Source of the DNA: Carcharhinus longimanus
Taxonomy: Eukaryota
Reading direction: 5' to 3'
DNA: 64,000 nucleotides
Assembly (NCBI GenBank): GCA_030264375.1
Contig: JASCQW010000190.1
Location: 24,335,223 to 24,399,222 of the forward strand
Position numbers and translations under genes: made by a program
The notes under the pieces: model-generated
What the model was told of the DNA's origin: nothing
The model's database searches: none
The model's input: only the letters and a program-made list of their open reading frames with translations
Part shown: piece after piece, positions 54,501 through 63,325 of the stretch
Numbering within the stretch: the first letter of the stretch is position 1
How the letters are laid out: every line of letters begins with the position of its first letter

Positions 54501-55856
54501 CGACTAGAGGATTTTCTCTGTAACTTCATTGCAGTGTTTATGTGAGCTTACTTGTGACACGAACAGACTTTAAACTTTACATTTAAGCCTAATTAGCAAG
54601 TGAGTAAATGAAAATACAAATGATTTCAAAGAATCCCTACAGTGCAGAAACAGGCTATTTGGCCCATCGAATCTGTACCGACCACCTCGGCGCTATCCTC
54701 CTGACACTAGGATTAATTCAGAGTGGCCAGTCAATCTAACTTGCACATCTTTGGACAAGTGGAACAGTCCATTTGCCTGGGCAGCCGTTTACATGCTACA
54801 TTTAGACCGAAGTTGAGGCACCCCAACTTTAAGAATGAAATATAGAGAGCAAATGGTATAAATCTTTGCGCTAGAATTAACAACGTCGTCGCACAAAGTC
54901 AAACTTTTGACTGACACATACAAATTAATCCAAACTCTGAAAAATAATGTTTGTATTAAAAAGCCAACAAACAGGAGTTTGGACAAAGTGATTATGTTAC
55001 TGGCGTGAAAACACCACGATTACTTTTCATTTGTGGCCCGTTTGCTCCGTCCTTTACGATCATGTTTTTTAAATACATAGTTTTTTAAAAATTGGAGAAA
55101 ATTCACACTGATAAACGCAAGTGAATTACCACAACCGGACCAACACCGGGGATTCAGCCCGTCGAGTCCGCACTGGTTGCCGACTGAAGGAGCATGCTAC
55201 CCCACTGATGAGAATGGCTGCAATAATCCTGGTCGACGGATAAAACTCCGCGAAACCAAGGCAGGGCACATTTCGCACCTTTCCTTCGCATCTCCCATCC
55301 GTTGCCAACAACTATTTCAGAAAGACGATAGTGCAAAATAACTCCTGATTTTTTTTTGAGGTGGCAGGGATGGGGGGGGGTGTAAGTTTTTTTTAAAACG
55401 AAGAAAAACTTGCCTATCTATCCCTTCAGAGGAACGGGTAAATCCTATGGAATGGAACGAGATATTAAAGTCGGTCGGAAACATCGCGGTTAAAATGGGG
55501 CGCAAGGCGAGCGCTGAATCAATCCTCTCGGTATGAGGCGGCGGGCTCACCTGGCTAACGACATTGTTGTGGAGGCCACCGCCGCGCGCTTCGAAGTGCC
55601 AGCCCCGGCTGCACGAGACGGAGCCGTTGGGCAGCGGCCACCTCGCGCCGCCCGTTAACGGATATCGGTGCAGGCGGCAGCGGCTCCAGACGACGGGAGG
55701 AGCCCCTTCCCCCTCCTCCTCATCATCATCCTCTTCCCCATCGCCTCGCAGCGGCAGGCTGTAGTTGAGGAGCTGGAAGCCCGACAGGTTTCGGAGAGCG
55801 AGAGGCAGCAGCTGCGGGTCGGGCCGGCAGTGGTGGCCAGGCGTCAGGCTGAGGAA
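21148..55856 (-). CDS. SLC22A31: SLC22A31-like organic ion transporter (MFS, SLC22A17/A23/A31 subclade); multi-exon gene span, 5' end in assembly gap
   Basis: Nine spliced minus-strand segments (55551-55856, 42527-42630, 40129-40283, 35979-36147, 30115-30260, 28601-28709, 25299-25513, 23295-23406, 21148-21553) join in frame with GT-AG sites. Motifs: [63 protein letters not shown] and CDPPHRL resemble human SLC22A31 (WKVPLEQVS, CDPPHRL, from memory) more than SLC22A17 or SLC22A23. Confidence 0.85.
22252..22282. repeat. Compound (ATTG)n(ATTC)n microsatellite
   Basis: attgattgattgattcattcattcattc read directly. Confidence 0.8.
23295..23406 (-). CDS. SLC22A31: SLC22A31-like exon 8 (112 bp)
   Basis: AG|[37 protein letters not shown]|GTAAGT. 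Confidence 0.95.
24363..24680 (-). mobile_element. HE1-like SINE
   Basis: catagaatccctg tail, tttggactgtgggaggaa core, tRNA-like head near 24615-24680. Confidence 0.8.
25299..25513 (-). CDS. SLC22A31: SLC22A31-like exon 7 (215 bp)
   Basis: AG|[71 protein letters not shown]|GTAAGT; matches ORF 25285..25527. Confidence 0.95.
25945..26300 (-). mobile_element. CR1-like LINE 3' end
   Basis: taggccatttggcccctcgagtctgctccgccattcaatcatggctg tail. Confidence 0.8.
26605..26975 (-). mobile_element. CR1-like LINE 3' end
   Basis: ORF 26665..26865 [19 protein letters not shown] (CR1 ORF2 C-terminus). Confidence 0.8.
28601..28709 (-). CDS. SLC22A31: SLC22A31-like exon 6 (109 bp)
   Basis: AG|[35 protein letters not shown]|GTAAGT. 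Confidence 0.93.
29218..29575. mobile_element. Palindromic Penelope-derived/MITE-like element
   Basis: agtctcacaacgccaggctaaagtccaac...gttggactttaaccaggtgttgtgagact inverted termini; internal segment duplicated across a 100-N gap. Confidence 0.6.
30115..30260 (-). CDS. SLC22A31: SLC22A31-like exon 5 (146 bp)
   Basis: AG|[48 protein letters not shown]|GTAGGT; contains the SLC22 PESPRWL motif. Confidence 0.93.
30784..31090 (-). mobile_element. L2/CR1-group LINE 3' end
   Basis: Same tail as 955-1100 and the reverse complement of 35560-35830. Confidence 0.65.
32100..34600 (-). mobile_element. RTE-clade LINE relic (endonuclease to early RT)
   Basis: NKTFFQNK...RHPR (ORF 33017..33256), KWNIFRN...KSADWFD...EAK (ORF 32721..32954), and a degraded IDAAx-ET-L...FIWQ motif near 34340-34440. 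Confidence 0.65.
33290..34016 (+). mobile_element. Solo-LTR-like insertion inside the RTE relic
   Basis: Non-coding block with AATAAA (about 33863), ending in ...CATAACA; splits collinear RTE pieces. Left boundary uncertain. Confidence 0.4.
34670..35140 (+). mobile_element. CR1-like LINE 3' fragment
   Basis: [28 protein letters not shown] (ORF 34705..34938). Confidence 0.8.
35495..35830 (+). mobile_element. L2/CR1-group LINE 3' end
   Basis: ttcaagaaggc...gggatgggcaataa...cccacatccc tail. Confidence 0.7.
35979..36147 (-). CDS. SLC22A31: SLC22A31-like exon 4 (169 bp)
   Basis: AG|[55 protein letters not shown]|GTAAGT. Confidence 0.95.
37035..37402 (+). mobile_element. Rex1-like 3' end
   Basis: CLKKAACII...[13 protein letters not shown] (ORF 37013..37267) and catgtgacaataataaaatca tail. 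Confidence 0.75.
37733..38225 (-). mobile_element. Rex1-like 3' fragment
   Basis: [21 protein letters not shown] (ORF 37794..38129). Confidence 0.8.
38527..38776 (-). mobile_element. HE1-like SINE (5'-truncated)
   Basis: ggggcaatttagcatggccaatccacctaacc...tttggactgtgggagg. Confidence 0.85.
39828..39949. mobile_element. Short Harbinger-type MITE
   Basis: Imperfect TIR ggccagaaattttccc ... cggaaaatcccaccc. Confidence 0.4.
40129..40283 (-). CDS. SLC22A31: SLC22A31-like exon 3 (155 bp)
   Basis: AG|[51 protein letters not shown]|GTAAGT; overlaps ORF 39989..40216. Confidence 0.95.
40530..42275 (+). mobile_element. Old CR1-like LINE ORF2 3' half with nested younger CR1 tail (40945-41195, minus strand)
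   Basis: Degraded KFADDTKL at about 41425-41450 and CR1 C-terminal motifs; nested cataagaacataagaactaggagcagg tail. Confidence 0.7.
42527..42630 (-). CDS. SLC22A31: SLC22A31-like exon 2 (104 bp)
   Basis: AG|[35 protein letters not shown]|GTAAGT; 104 bp is the typical SLC22 exon-2 size. Confidence 0.95.
43350..43549 (-). mobile_element. Young CR1-like 3' tail
   Basis: taggagcaggagtaggccat...ccattcaataagatcatggctgatct, closely similar to 40945 and 49955. Confidence 0.8.
44070..46650 (+). mobile_element. CR1-like LINE relic (ORF1 end, endonuclease, RT) with nested CR1 tail at about 45030-45310
   Basis: MGDFNYP (about 44683), [14 protein letters not shown] (about 46065), KFADDTKF (about 46410). 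Confidence 0.75.
46760..48128 (-). mobile_element. Second PIF/Harbinger Myb/SANT-ORF relic with TIR-like end
   Basis: [11 protein letters not shown] at about 47660-47695 followed by a GTAAG donor; [16 protein letters not shown]...GEDMDRSLG (ORF 47218..47550); gaaaattctgc terminus similar to the 1106 terminus. Confidence 0.6.
48225..49270 (-). mobile_element. CR1-like LINE 3' fragment
   Basis: Reverse-strand GVPQGSVLG (about 49185-49212) and CR1 tail at about 48230. Confidence 0.7.
49428..49505. repeat. 39-bp tandem duplication
   Basis: cagttagtaaacctatacaaggaaa(c/t)cagtcaggtgatg twice, one mismatch. Confidence 0.9.
49955..50245 (-). mobile_element. Young CR1-like 3' fragment spanning a gap
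   Basis: [23 protein letters not shown] (ORF 49989..50240). Confidence 0.85.
50255..50640 (+). mobile_element. L2-like LINE RT remnant
   Basis: Degraded [16 protein letters not shown] and [12 protein letters not shown], resembling L2 CLxDIxxWMxxNFLQLN and LGVxxDxxLSF. Confidence 0.45.
52070..52272 (+). mobile_element. HE1-like SINE 3' part
   Basis: gttaggttgattggcc...gggctgaatggcctccttctgcactg. Confidence 0.7.
52273..54200. mobile_element. Nested CR1-like LINEs: old plus-strand copy (52273-52805, 54070-54200) split by a younger minus-strand copy (about 52810-54068)
   Basis: Minus-strand GVPQG..LG..LFTIYIN..KFADDTK (ORF 53653..53913) and [10 protein letters not shown]. Confidence 0.8.
54408..54760. 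mobile_element. Two adjacent HE1-related SINE fragments (plus 54408-54580; minus 54630-54760)
   Basis: gtttcctcccacagtccaaa core; aatccctacagtgcagaa tail. Confidence 0.65.
55100..55856. promoter_or_regulatory. CpG-island-like region over first coding exon and start of intron 1
   Basis: Abrupt rise in GC content and CpG density (cgcgcg, ggcggcg, gccgcc) in an otherwise CpG-depleted window. Confidence 0.7.
55551..55856 (-). CDS. SLC22A31: SLC22A31-like coding exon 1 (partial; large extracellular loop)
   Basis: Reads [66 protein letters not shown]...[26 protein letters not shown] then donor GTGAG (phase 0). GC/CpG-rich; truncated by Ns at 55857. Confidence 0.9.
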
Positions 55857-56539
55857 NNNNNNNNNNNNNNNNNNNNNNNNNNNNNNNNNNNNNNNNNNNN
55901 NNNNNNNNNNNNNNNNNNNNNNNNNNNNNNNNNNNNNNNNNNNNNNNNNNNNNNNNNNNNNNNNNNNNNNNNNNNNNNNNNNNNNNNNNNNNNNNNNNNN
56001 NNNNNNNNNNNNNNNNNNNNNNATGTTTCTGTGGGAAAAGGAGACTCATGTGGCCAGTCGCTGAGTCATCGCTGCTGGCTAATCACCTGCACTTTCAGGT
56101 ATTATTAGCTTAACAAATATGTAGCTACCGCTCACACCCACACACAAATCTTCTCCACCATCTTTCACACACACACACTTGTTTTCTTCCCCCTACATAT
56201 TTTAGGAATATTTAAACATTGGAAAAACATTTACATTCTATTATTAGATTCATAGGATCGCTACAGCGCAGAAAGAGGCCGTTCCATCTGCACCGACTCT
56301 GCAAAGAGCACTGTATCTCCGTAACCCTATGCATTTACCATTGCTAATCCATCCAATTTCATGGTGGTCGTTAAGGAAACTGCAATAATATTCAACTTTT
56401 CTCCAGAATGTGTTACTGTCTGAGGTGCCTCAATACAATTGCATTGACGAAACACATTCGGTGACAACTGTACAGCCCAAGGGCTACTACACAGTTACCA
56501 ACTCCTTTGGTGTACTATGGTTGAAAGGCATTAGACAGT

Positions 56540-57060
56540 GGTCTTTCTTCATTGTGTTATTTGCAGCAATTGCCCTTTAGCGTGTCTTTCTGCAGATAGT
56601 CTTGGACTTTGGAATAAGCTCATCTGCAACACTTGATTATGAGTAACTTTTTTGCAATGGCAGACCAAAAAGCATCTTTCACTGAGTTGATGATCCTCTC
56701 TGGGATGGCTACAGAAAAGTCTGTACTTTTCACTGGGCAAAAACTGCAGGCTTCCTTTGCAAAAGGCACATTCCAGAAAGAGATACGCAATGTTCTCTTC
56801 CCCACCACAGCAGTTTCAAGGACAGCCCATGGTAGTAAAGAGATTTCAGGTATGTGCATGAAGGATCTAACAAGGAATGCCTATCTTACCACCAGCCAAA
56901 GTACATCTTGATGCTTGTTTGTTGAAAGTGCTGGCCATGAGGCATTCTGCTAAATGACTTGACAGTCGGCTCAGGGAACCATCTAAGCCAATGCAACCCC
57001 TTTGATTGATACCCCTTCTGTAAACATTCACTCCTTCTACTAAAATGCACGACAGGAACT
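56540..57060 (-). mobile_element. Tx1/L1-clade ORF2 C-terminal remnant
   Basis: Frameshifted WFPEPTV..QNAS..NKHQDVLWLVVR and IINSVKDAFWSA..CCR...SKVQDY, typical of Tx1-like zf-RVT ends. Confidence 0.6.
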
Positions 57061-57541
57061 CACCACTGCCAACCACCCTCCTAGTCACTCATCAACCTGA
57101 TGAGGAAATATATCTATTCCTCCATTAAGGCCGCATCAAAATCCTGTAACTCCACCCCAACCACCCCCACCATCTCTGTACAAGCAGTAGGTTCTGCTGT
57201 TCACAAAGTTATCACATTTATTCAGTTAGATTACAGACCACGTTAAAACTAAAGTCTTTGCTGCTCAACAGATGGTTTCACAACCCAGGTCCAGCTGCTA
57301 AAGCTCAGCTGTGAACCAGGAAAATTGTGGGTGAATGGCAAAGTATGTATAATTATAAAAAACAAATGTACATTTGAACACTACCCTTATACATTTGTTA
57401 CTGAAGAAGCTGCTGCAATGTCTTCCAGTTATTGGAGGCAGGATAACACCAATTTATGATCCTGGCCAAGACCCTCAAATTTTTGGTACGATTTCATTAG
57501 TGACTAATACCTTATTGTTTAACAATAGACACAATCTGAGA

Positions 57542-59210
57542 TACATAGAACAGTACAGCACAGTACAGGCCCTTCAGCCCTCTGTTGTGCCGAGCTTTGT
57601 CCGAAACCAAGATCAAGCTATCCCACTCCCTATCATTCTGGTGTGCTCCATGTGCCTTTCCAATAACTGCTTGAAAGTTCCTAAAGTGTCTGACTCCACT
57701 ATCACAGCAGGCAGTCCATTCCACACCTCAAGCACCCTCTGAATGAAGAACCTACCTCGGACAGCCTTCCTATATCTCCCATCGTGAACCTTATAGTTAT
57801 GTCCCCTAGTAACAGCTACATCCACCCAAGGAAACAGTCTTTGAACGACCGCTCTATCTATCCCCCTTATCATCTTATAAACTTTTATTAAGTCGCCTCT
57901 CACCTCCTCCGCTGTAAAGAGAAAAGCCCAAGCTCCCTCAAACTTTCCACTTGAATGACAACCTTCAGAGATCTGTGGATACAAGCCCAAGATCTCTCTG
58001 TTCCTCCACATTCCTCAGAACCCTCCTGTTGACCCTATAATCCACATTCAAATTTGTCCTACCAAAATGAATCACCTCGCACTTATCAGGGTTAAACTCT
58101 GCCACTTTTCAGCCCAGCTCTGCATCCTATCAATGTCTCTTTGCAGCCTACAACAGCCCTCCACCTCATCCCCTACTCCACCAATCTTGGTGTCATCAGC
58201 AAATTTACTGACCCACCCTTCAGCCCCCTTCTCCAAGTCATTGGTAAGAATCACAAATGGCAGAGGACCCAGCACTAATCCCTGTGATATACGGCTGGTA
58301 ACTGGTCTCCAGTCTGAACATTTTCCATCCACCACCACCCTCTGTTTTCTATGAGACAGCCAGTTACTTATCCAATCGGCCAAATTTCCCTCTATCCCAC
58401 ACCTCCTTACTTTCTTCATGAGCCTACCATGGGGAACCTTATCAAACGCCTTACTAAAATCCATGTATACAACATCAACTGCTCTACCTTCATCCACACA
58501 CTTAGTTACCTCCTCAAAGAATTCAATCAAATTTGTGAGGCAGGACTTACCCCTCATGAAACGTGCTGACTATCCCGGATTAAACTGCATCTTTCCAAAT
58601 GATCATAAATCCTATCTCTCAGGACTCTTTCCATTAACTTACCAACCACCGAAGTAAGACTAACTGGCCTATAATTACCAGGGTCATTCCTGTTTCCTTT
58701 CTTGAACAGAGGAACAACATTCGCCACTCTCCAGTCCTCTGGCACAATCGCTGTGGACAGTGAGGACCCAAAGATCAAAGCTAAAGGCTCTGCAATCTCA
58801 TCCCTTGCCTCCCAAAGTATCTCGGATATATCCCATCTGGCCCAGGGAACTTGTCGACCTTCAGGTTTTTCAAAATTACGAATACACCTTCCCTCAGAAT
58901 ATCTACCTCCTCCATCTATCAGCCTGTATCTCACTCTCATCCTCAAAAACATGGCCCCTCTCCTTAGTGAACACTGAAGAAAAGTATTCATTCAACGCCT
59001 CTCCTGTCTCTTCTGACTCCATGCACAAGTCCCCACTACTATCCTTGACTGGCCCTAACCTGACCCTGGTCATTCTTTTATGTCTCACATAAAAGAGTAA
59101 AAAGCCTTGGGGTTTTCATTTATCCAACCCACCAAGGACTTCTCATGCCCCCTCCTAGCTCTGCTAAGCCCTTTTTTACACTCATTCCTAGCTACCTTGT
59201 AACCTTGAGC
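57542..59210 (-). mobile_element. CR1-like LINE ORF2 (RT to 3' end), relatively young
   Basis: GKSCLTNLIEFFEEVT...YMDFSKAFDKVPHGRL...KFADDTKIGG (ORF 58072..58557); PEDWRVANVVPLFKKG. Confidence 0.9.
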
Positions 59211-59423
59211 TTGAGGCACAGCCTCAAGATAAGACGGGGGGGAGCGGTTTAGATCAGAGTTGAGGAGGAACTTCCTCACTCAAAGGGTGGTGAATCTCTG
59301 GAATTCTCTGCCCGTTGAAGTGGNNNNNNNNNNNNNNNNNNNNNNNNNNNNNNNNNNNNNNNNNNNNNNNNNNNNNNNNNNNNNNNNNNNNNNNNNNNNN
59401 NNNNNNNNNNNNNNNNNNNNNNN

Positions 59424-60230
59424 ACTGCTCTACCTTCATCTACACACTTAGTTACCTCTTCAAAAGAATTCAGTCAGATTTGTGAGGCAAGACTTACCCT
59501 TCACAAATCTGTGTGCCTATCCCAGATTAAGCTGCATCTTTCCATATGGTCATAAATCCTATCCCTCAGGACCTTTTCCATTAACTTACCGACCACCGAA
59601 GAAAGACTAACTGGCCTATAATTACCAGGGTCATTCCTATTTACTTTCTTGAACAGAGAAACAATATTTGCCACTCTCCAGTCCTCTGGCACTATCCCCG
59701 TGAGGACGCAAAGATCAAAGCCAAAGGCTCTGCAATCTCATCTCTTGCCTCTCAAAGAATGCTAGGATATATCCCATCTGGCCCAGGGGACTTATCGGCC
59801 CTCAGGTTTTTCAAAATTGCTAATACATCTTCCCTAAGAACAACTACCTCTTTCAGCCTATCAACCTGTATCACACACACATCTTCAAAAACATGGCCCC
59901 TCTCCTTGGTGCACTTAGAAGGAGGATTGGAATGAGGCACTCACTGAATGTTAAAATGGGTGGCACGGGCTTGTAGGGCCGAAGGGCCTGTTTCCTGTGC
60001 TGTGTTGTTCTTTGTTCACACTGAAGAAAAGTATTCATTCATCGCCTCTCCCTTATCTTCTGACTCCACGCACAATTCCCACAACTATCCTTGACTAGCC
60101 CTAACCTCACCCTGGCCATTCTTTTATTTCTCACATTAAGAGTAAAAAGTCTTGGAGTTTTCCTTTATCCGATCCACCAAGGACTTCCCATGCCCCCTCC
60201 TAGCTCTTCTAAGCCCTTTTTTAAGCTCAT
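59424..60230 (-). mobile_element. Second CR1-like ORF2 fragment paralogous to 58477-59190
   Basis: PEDWRVANIVSLFKK..NYRPVSL (ORF 59501..59692) and KSPGPDGI; contains a short CR1-tail insertion at about 59911-60015. Confidence 0.85.
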
Positions 60231-61554
60231 AAAATGCTCTTAGGTATTTGCCAAGAGAATGAAGGCACAAGATTCCACAGATTGTCTGCAAATAAAATAA
60301 ATTTCACTATACAAGGTTAGAAAGATGAAACAATTTACAAACCTGTACTCTTAACATTCAGAATTTACATGAGGTACATATGAATTAACAGGAAAACTGT
60401 GTTCAAATATCCCAAACCACAATATAAATGGCAAATGTGACCAAGACTGATCTCTCAGATTCCTTAGCAATGCACTCAGACATATTAAACATCGAGTCAA
60501 CCAATCTCATTGAAAGTCTGTCTCTTCCATGATGGGTTCCAGTCTTCATCTTTTAAAATCTAACCTCAGAATTCTCTTATCAAATGACACTCCAACCTGG
60601 ACTGCCTCAATGACTCCTCACCTCCCAGGATTTCGATCTTGACTCCCGAGATCACATTCCCATGGTCTTGGGAGTCCGTATTCCAGCACCAAATATCAAG
60701 CACAACTTCAGTTCTTCAGCCATGCCTCTGCTCCAAAGAGTTGGTTACGTTTGGACCCAACCCACAGCACAGAGTCACCAACCTTTTGCTGTCTTCTTAG
60801 ACCTCCAGGACTTCTCATGAGCTCTCACTACTTGAAGCATGCCAACAGAAGCACTGCTTTGAGCCTCATTCTTTGCTCCTCTCCTGCTGGTTTGTTTCAG
60901 TGGTCTCTTTCTGCCATTGGCTCCTTCCCCAGTTCTCTCCCTGGACCTCTCCCTTGAGGTGATCTGGATGACCTATAAAACACTTCCAGGAAATCCCACC
61001 CTTGTTTCTAGGCAGAAACAAGCATTGGTCCATTCTTTAAATGTTACAAGCTCCACAGACTCTTAGCTTATATAGCATATGGGGACACCAGTCCACCAAT
61101 ATGAAATCAGAATATGTGTTATATTGGGAATGCCCCTTTAATAGAATGGGTCAGGAGACTCGCACTCCACCCTAGGGCTTGCCTAGCCAGTTTTGTGCTC
61201 ATTGTGGTAGAGAATAGACGTGTTAATAAACAGTTCCATTTAGTTTACTTCCATTACCTCAAGGTTTTTTATTAGTTTCTCAAGCAGACCTCAAACATAA
61301 GATTGAAAAGGTGTCTGCTGGTGATAGACTTTCTCTGCAATTAACTAGTTTAAATGCAGGACTAACTCCACAAGGAGTGGAGTTGCCAATGCAAACGGCA
61401 TCCAGTAAAGCAGAAGTGTTTGTCTTTGGAAGTTGCAAACCAAATGAATAAGGCAAATTGATTAAAAGTGAAACCTGAATAATCTGTGACTTGCCCATTG
61501 GGCAATTCTGCACTACCAGGCAATTTTGCACTATCAGACAGTGATCAAGAATAG

Positions 61555-61742
61555 AACTAAAAACAAAAAATTCTGTAAGTACTCAAGATGTCAGAGAGCA
61601 TCCGTGGAAAGAAACAGTTAGCATTTAAGGTCTATGCCCCTTCATCAGAAACCCCCAGACCTGAAATATTAACACTTTTTCATGCCATTTGCTGATTTGT
61701 TACAAAATTTGTTTTTATTTCAGATCTTTGAATTTGCAGTAG
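61555..61742. mobile_element. Penelope-like palindromic terminal fragment
   Basis: aaaacaaaaaattctg..actcaag..tcag..agcatc ... tttttatttcagat; related to 11003 and 2792. Confidence 0.5.
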
Positions 61743-61749
61743 CTGGGTT

Positions 61750-63060
61750 AATGAACTGCAGATATAGTAATCCAGTGGGAATATGTTATGGTGATAATGG
61801 AGACCTCGTTCAGTAAAGGGACACTGGATACTAAATATTCCTCAATATAACATCGGGGTGTACACCATCAGCCTCCAACTAGTGGGAGAGATACGAGAGG
61901 AACAAATTTGGAACAAAATTACAGAGGTGCAAAACTGACAATATAGTTATAATAAGGGCCTTTACACTATTACTAGCCCATTTGTATTAGGATAAAGAGA
62001 GGGTGAAGAATACCTAAATTGTGTTCCGGAGAAATTTCTACATCAGTATGTTTTCAATCTAACGAGAAAGGAGAATTGGTTCTGGAGAAAGAGCTGGGAC
62101 AAATGGCCCAAAATCAGTTAGGGGAATATTTAGGGGGACAATGATCATTGTATCAGAGGATTTAGGTTAGCTGTAGAAAAGTAAAATAGAAAATATCTCA
62201 GATTTCCTTTTTAAAGACCATTAAGAAACCAGCTGTTTTGTTTTAAATGAAAGCTGATTGTCTCCATAACAGTGATCAAAAACTGAGTCTTTTATCCCAG
62301 GTTTATTAATTGAAGATAATGATGGTTGTTGAGTTGATAATACAAGTGAGAACCAGGCTGAATATAGAAAGTTCAGAGAGGTGATGGAAAAAGAAATGAG
62401 AGCAGCAAATAAGAATATATTTTTAAAAAAATGGCAGCTTGCATAAAAAGGAATCCAGGAGTTTTCTGTAGGCATAGTAACAAGGTGATAAAAGGTATTG
62501 AATTGATTAGGGATCAAAAGGGGATTTAAAAAGGTGGAGCCAGAGATATTCAATTATCAAAAATGAACTTTATCCACAGGGATATAATGTGCAAAACTCT
62601 AAATAAAGGCAGAGTGGGGAGGGGAAATCCACTCAACATTGTCCTCATCTTGTAGAAACAAATTTGTTGGGAGTTTTTTTGAGGATGTTACATTGATAAA
62701 GAACAACTACTGCTGAATGTGATGAATTGGATTTTCAGAAGGCTTTTAATAGGGACCCACACGGAGGTTAGTAAATAAAATTAGAGTGCATGGGATTGGG
62801 GGAAATATACTAGTATGGATTGAAAAATTGGTCAGACAGAGCAGACAGCAGAATCATTCTCAGAATGGCACTATTACTCATGGGGTACTGAACGGATCAG
62901 TGCCTCATCCACAGCTGTTCACAAGCTATACAAATGATTTGGATGTGGGGACTAATTGTTGTATCTCCAGATTTGCTGATAACACCAAACTGAGTGGGAA
63001 TGCAAGTTCTAGAAAGATGCAAGGAGGCTTCAAGAGGACTTGCACAGGCTAAGAGTTTGG
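61750..63060 (+). mobile_element. Old CR1-like LINE relic
   Basis: GVLNGSV..QLFTSYTNDL..RFADNTKLSG (ORF 62786..63052). Confidence 0.7.
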
Positions 63061-63067
63061 GATAAAA

Positions 63068-63325
63068 CAGTCTTCAAACTTTTTTCACGTTGACCCACTT
63101 TTACCAAATAACCCTCATGACTAACGCCATGTTCTCTTACTACTTAAATGCAACAGGTGAGCCTGCTTGGTCTTCATGATCTCATTCCAATCAGGTTCAC
63201 AAGATGAGGGGGCAATGTGCATATAGATGCAGAGTTCAGCCAGTTCCTTTGTGCTGAATTCACTTTGAGAATGGAAAATTCCATCTTGCACATGTAGGTC
63301 ATCGTGAAGGGCCATAGCAACAAAA
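63068..63325 (-). mobile_element. hAT (Charlie/Buster-type) transposase C-terminal fragment plus TIR
   Basis: Frameshifted PFTMTYMCKMEFS...RNWLN..MHIAPSSCEP..EIMKTKQAH matches the hAT dimerisation-domain end; cagtcttcaaactttttt TIR-like end. Confidence 0.65.

Noticed and set aside
60300-61282. Possible solo LTR(s)
   Set aside because: Composition and an AATAAA are suggestive, but boundaries and TSDs could not be established.
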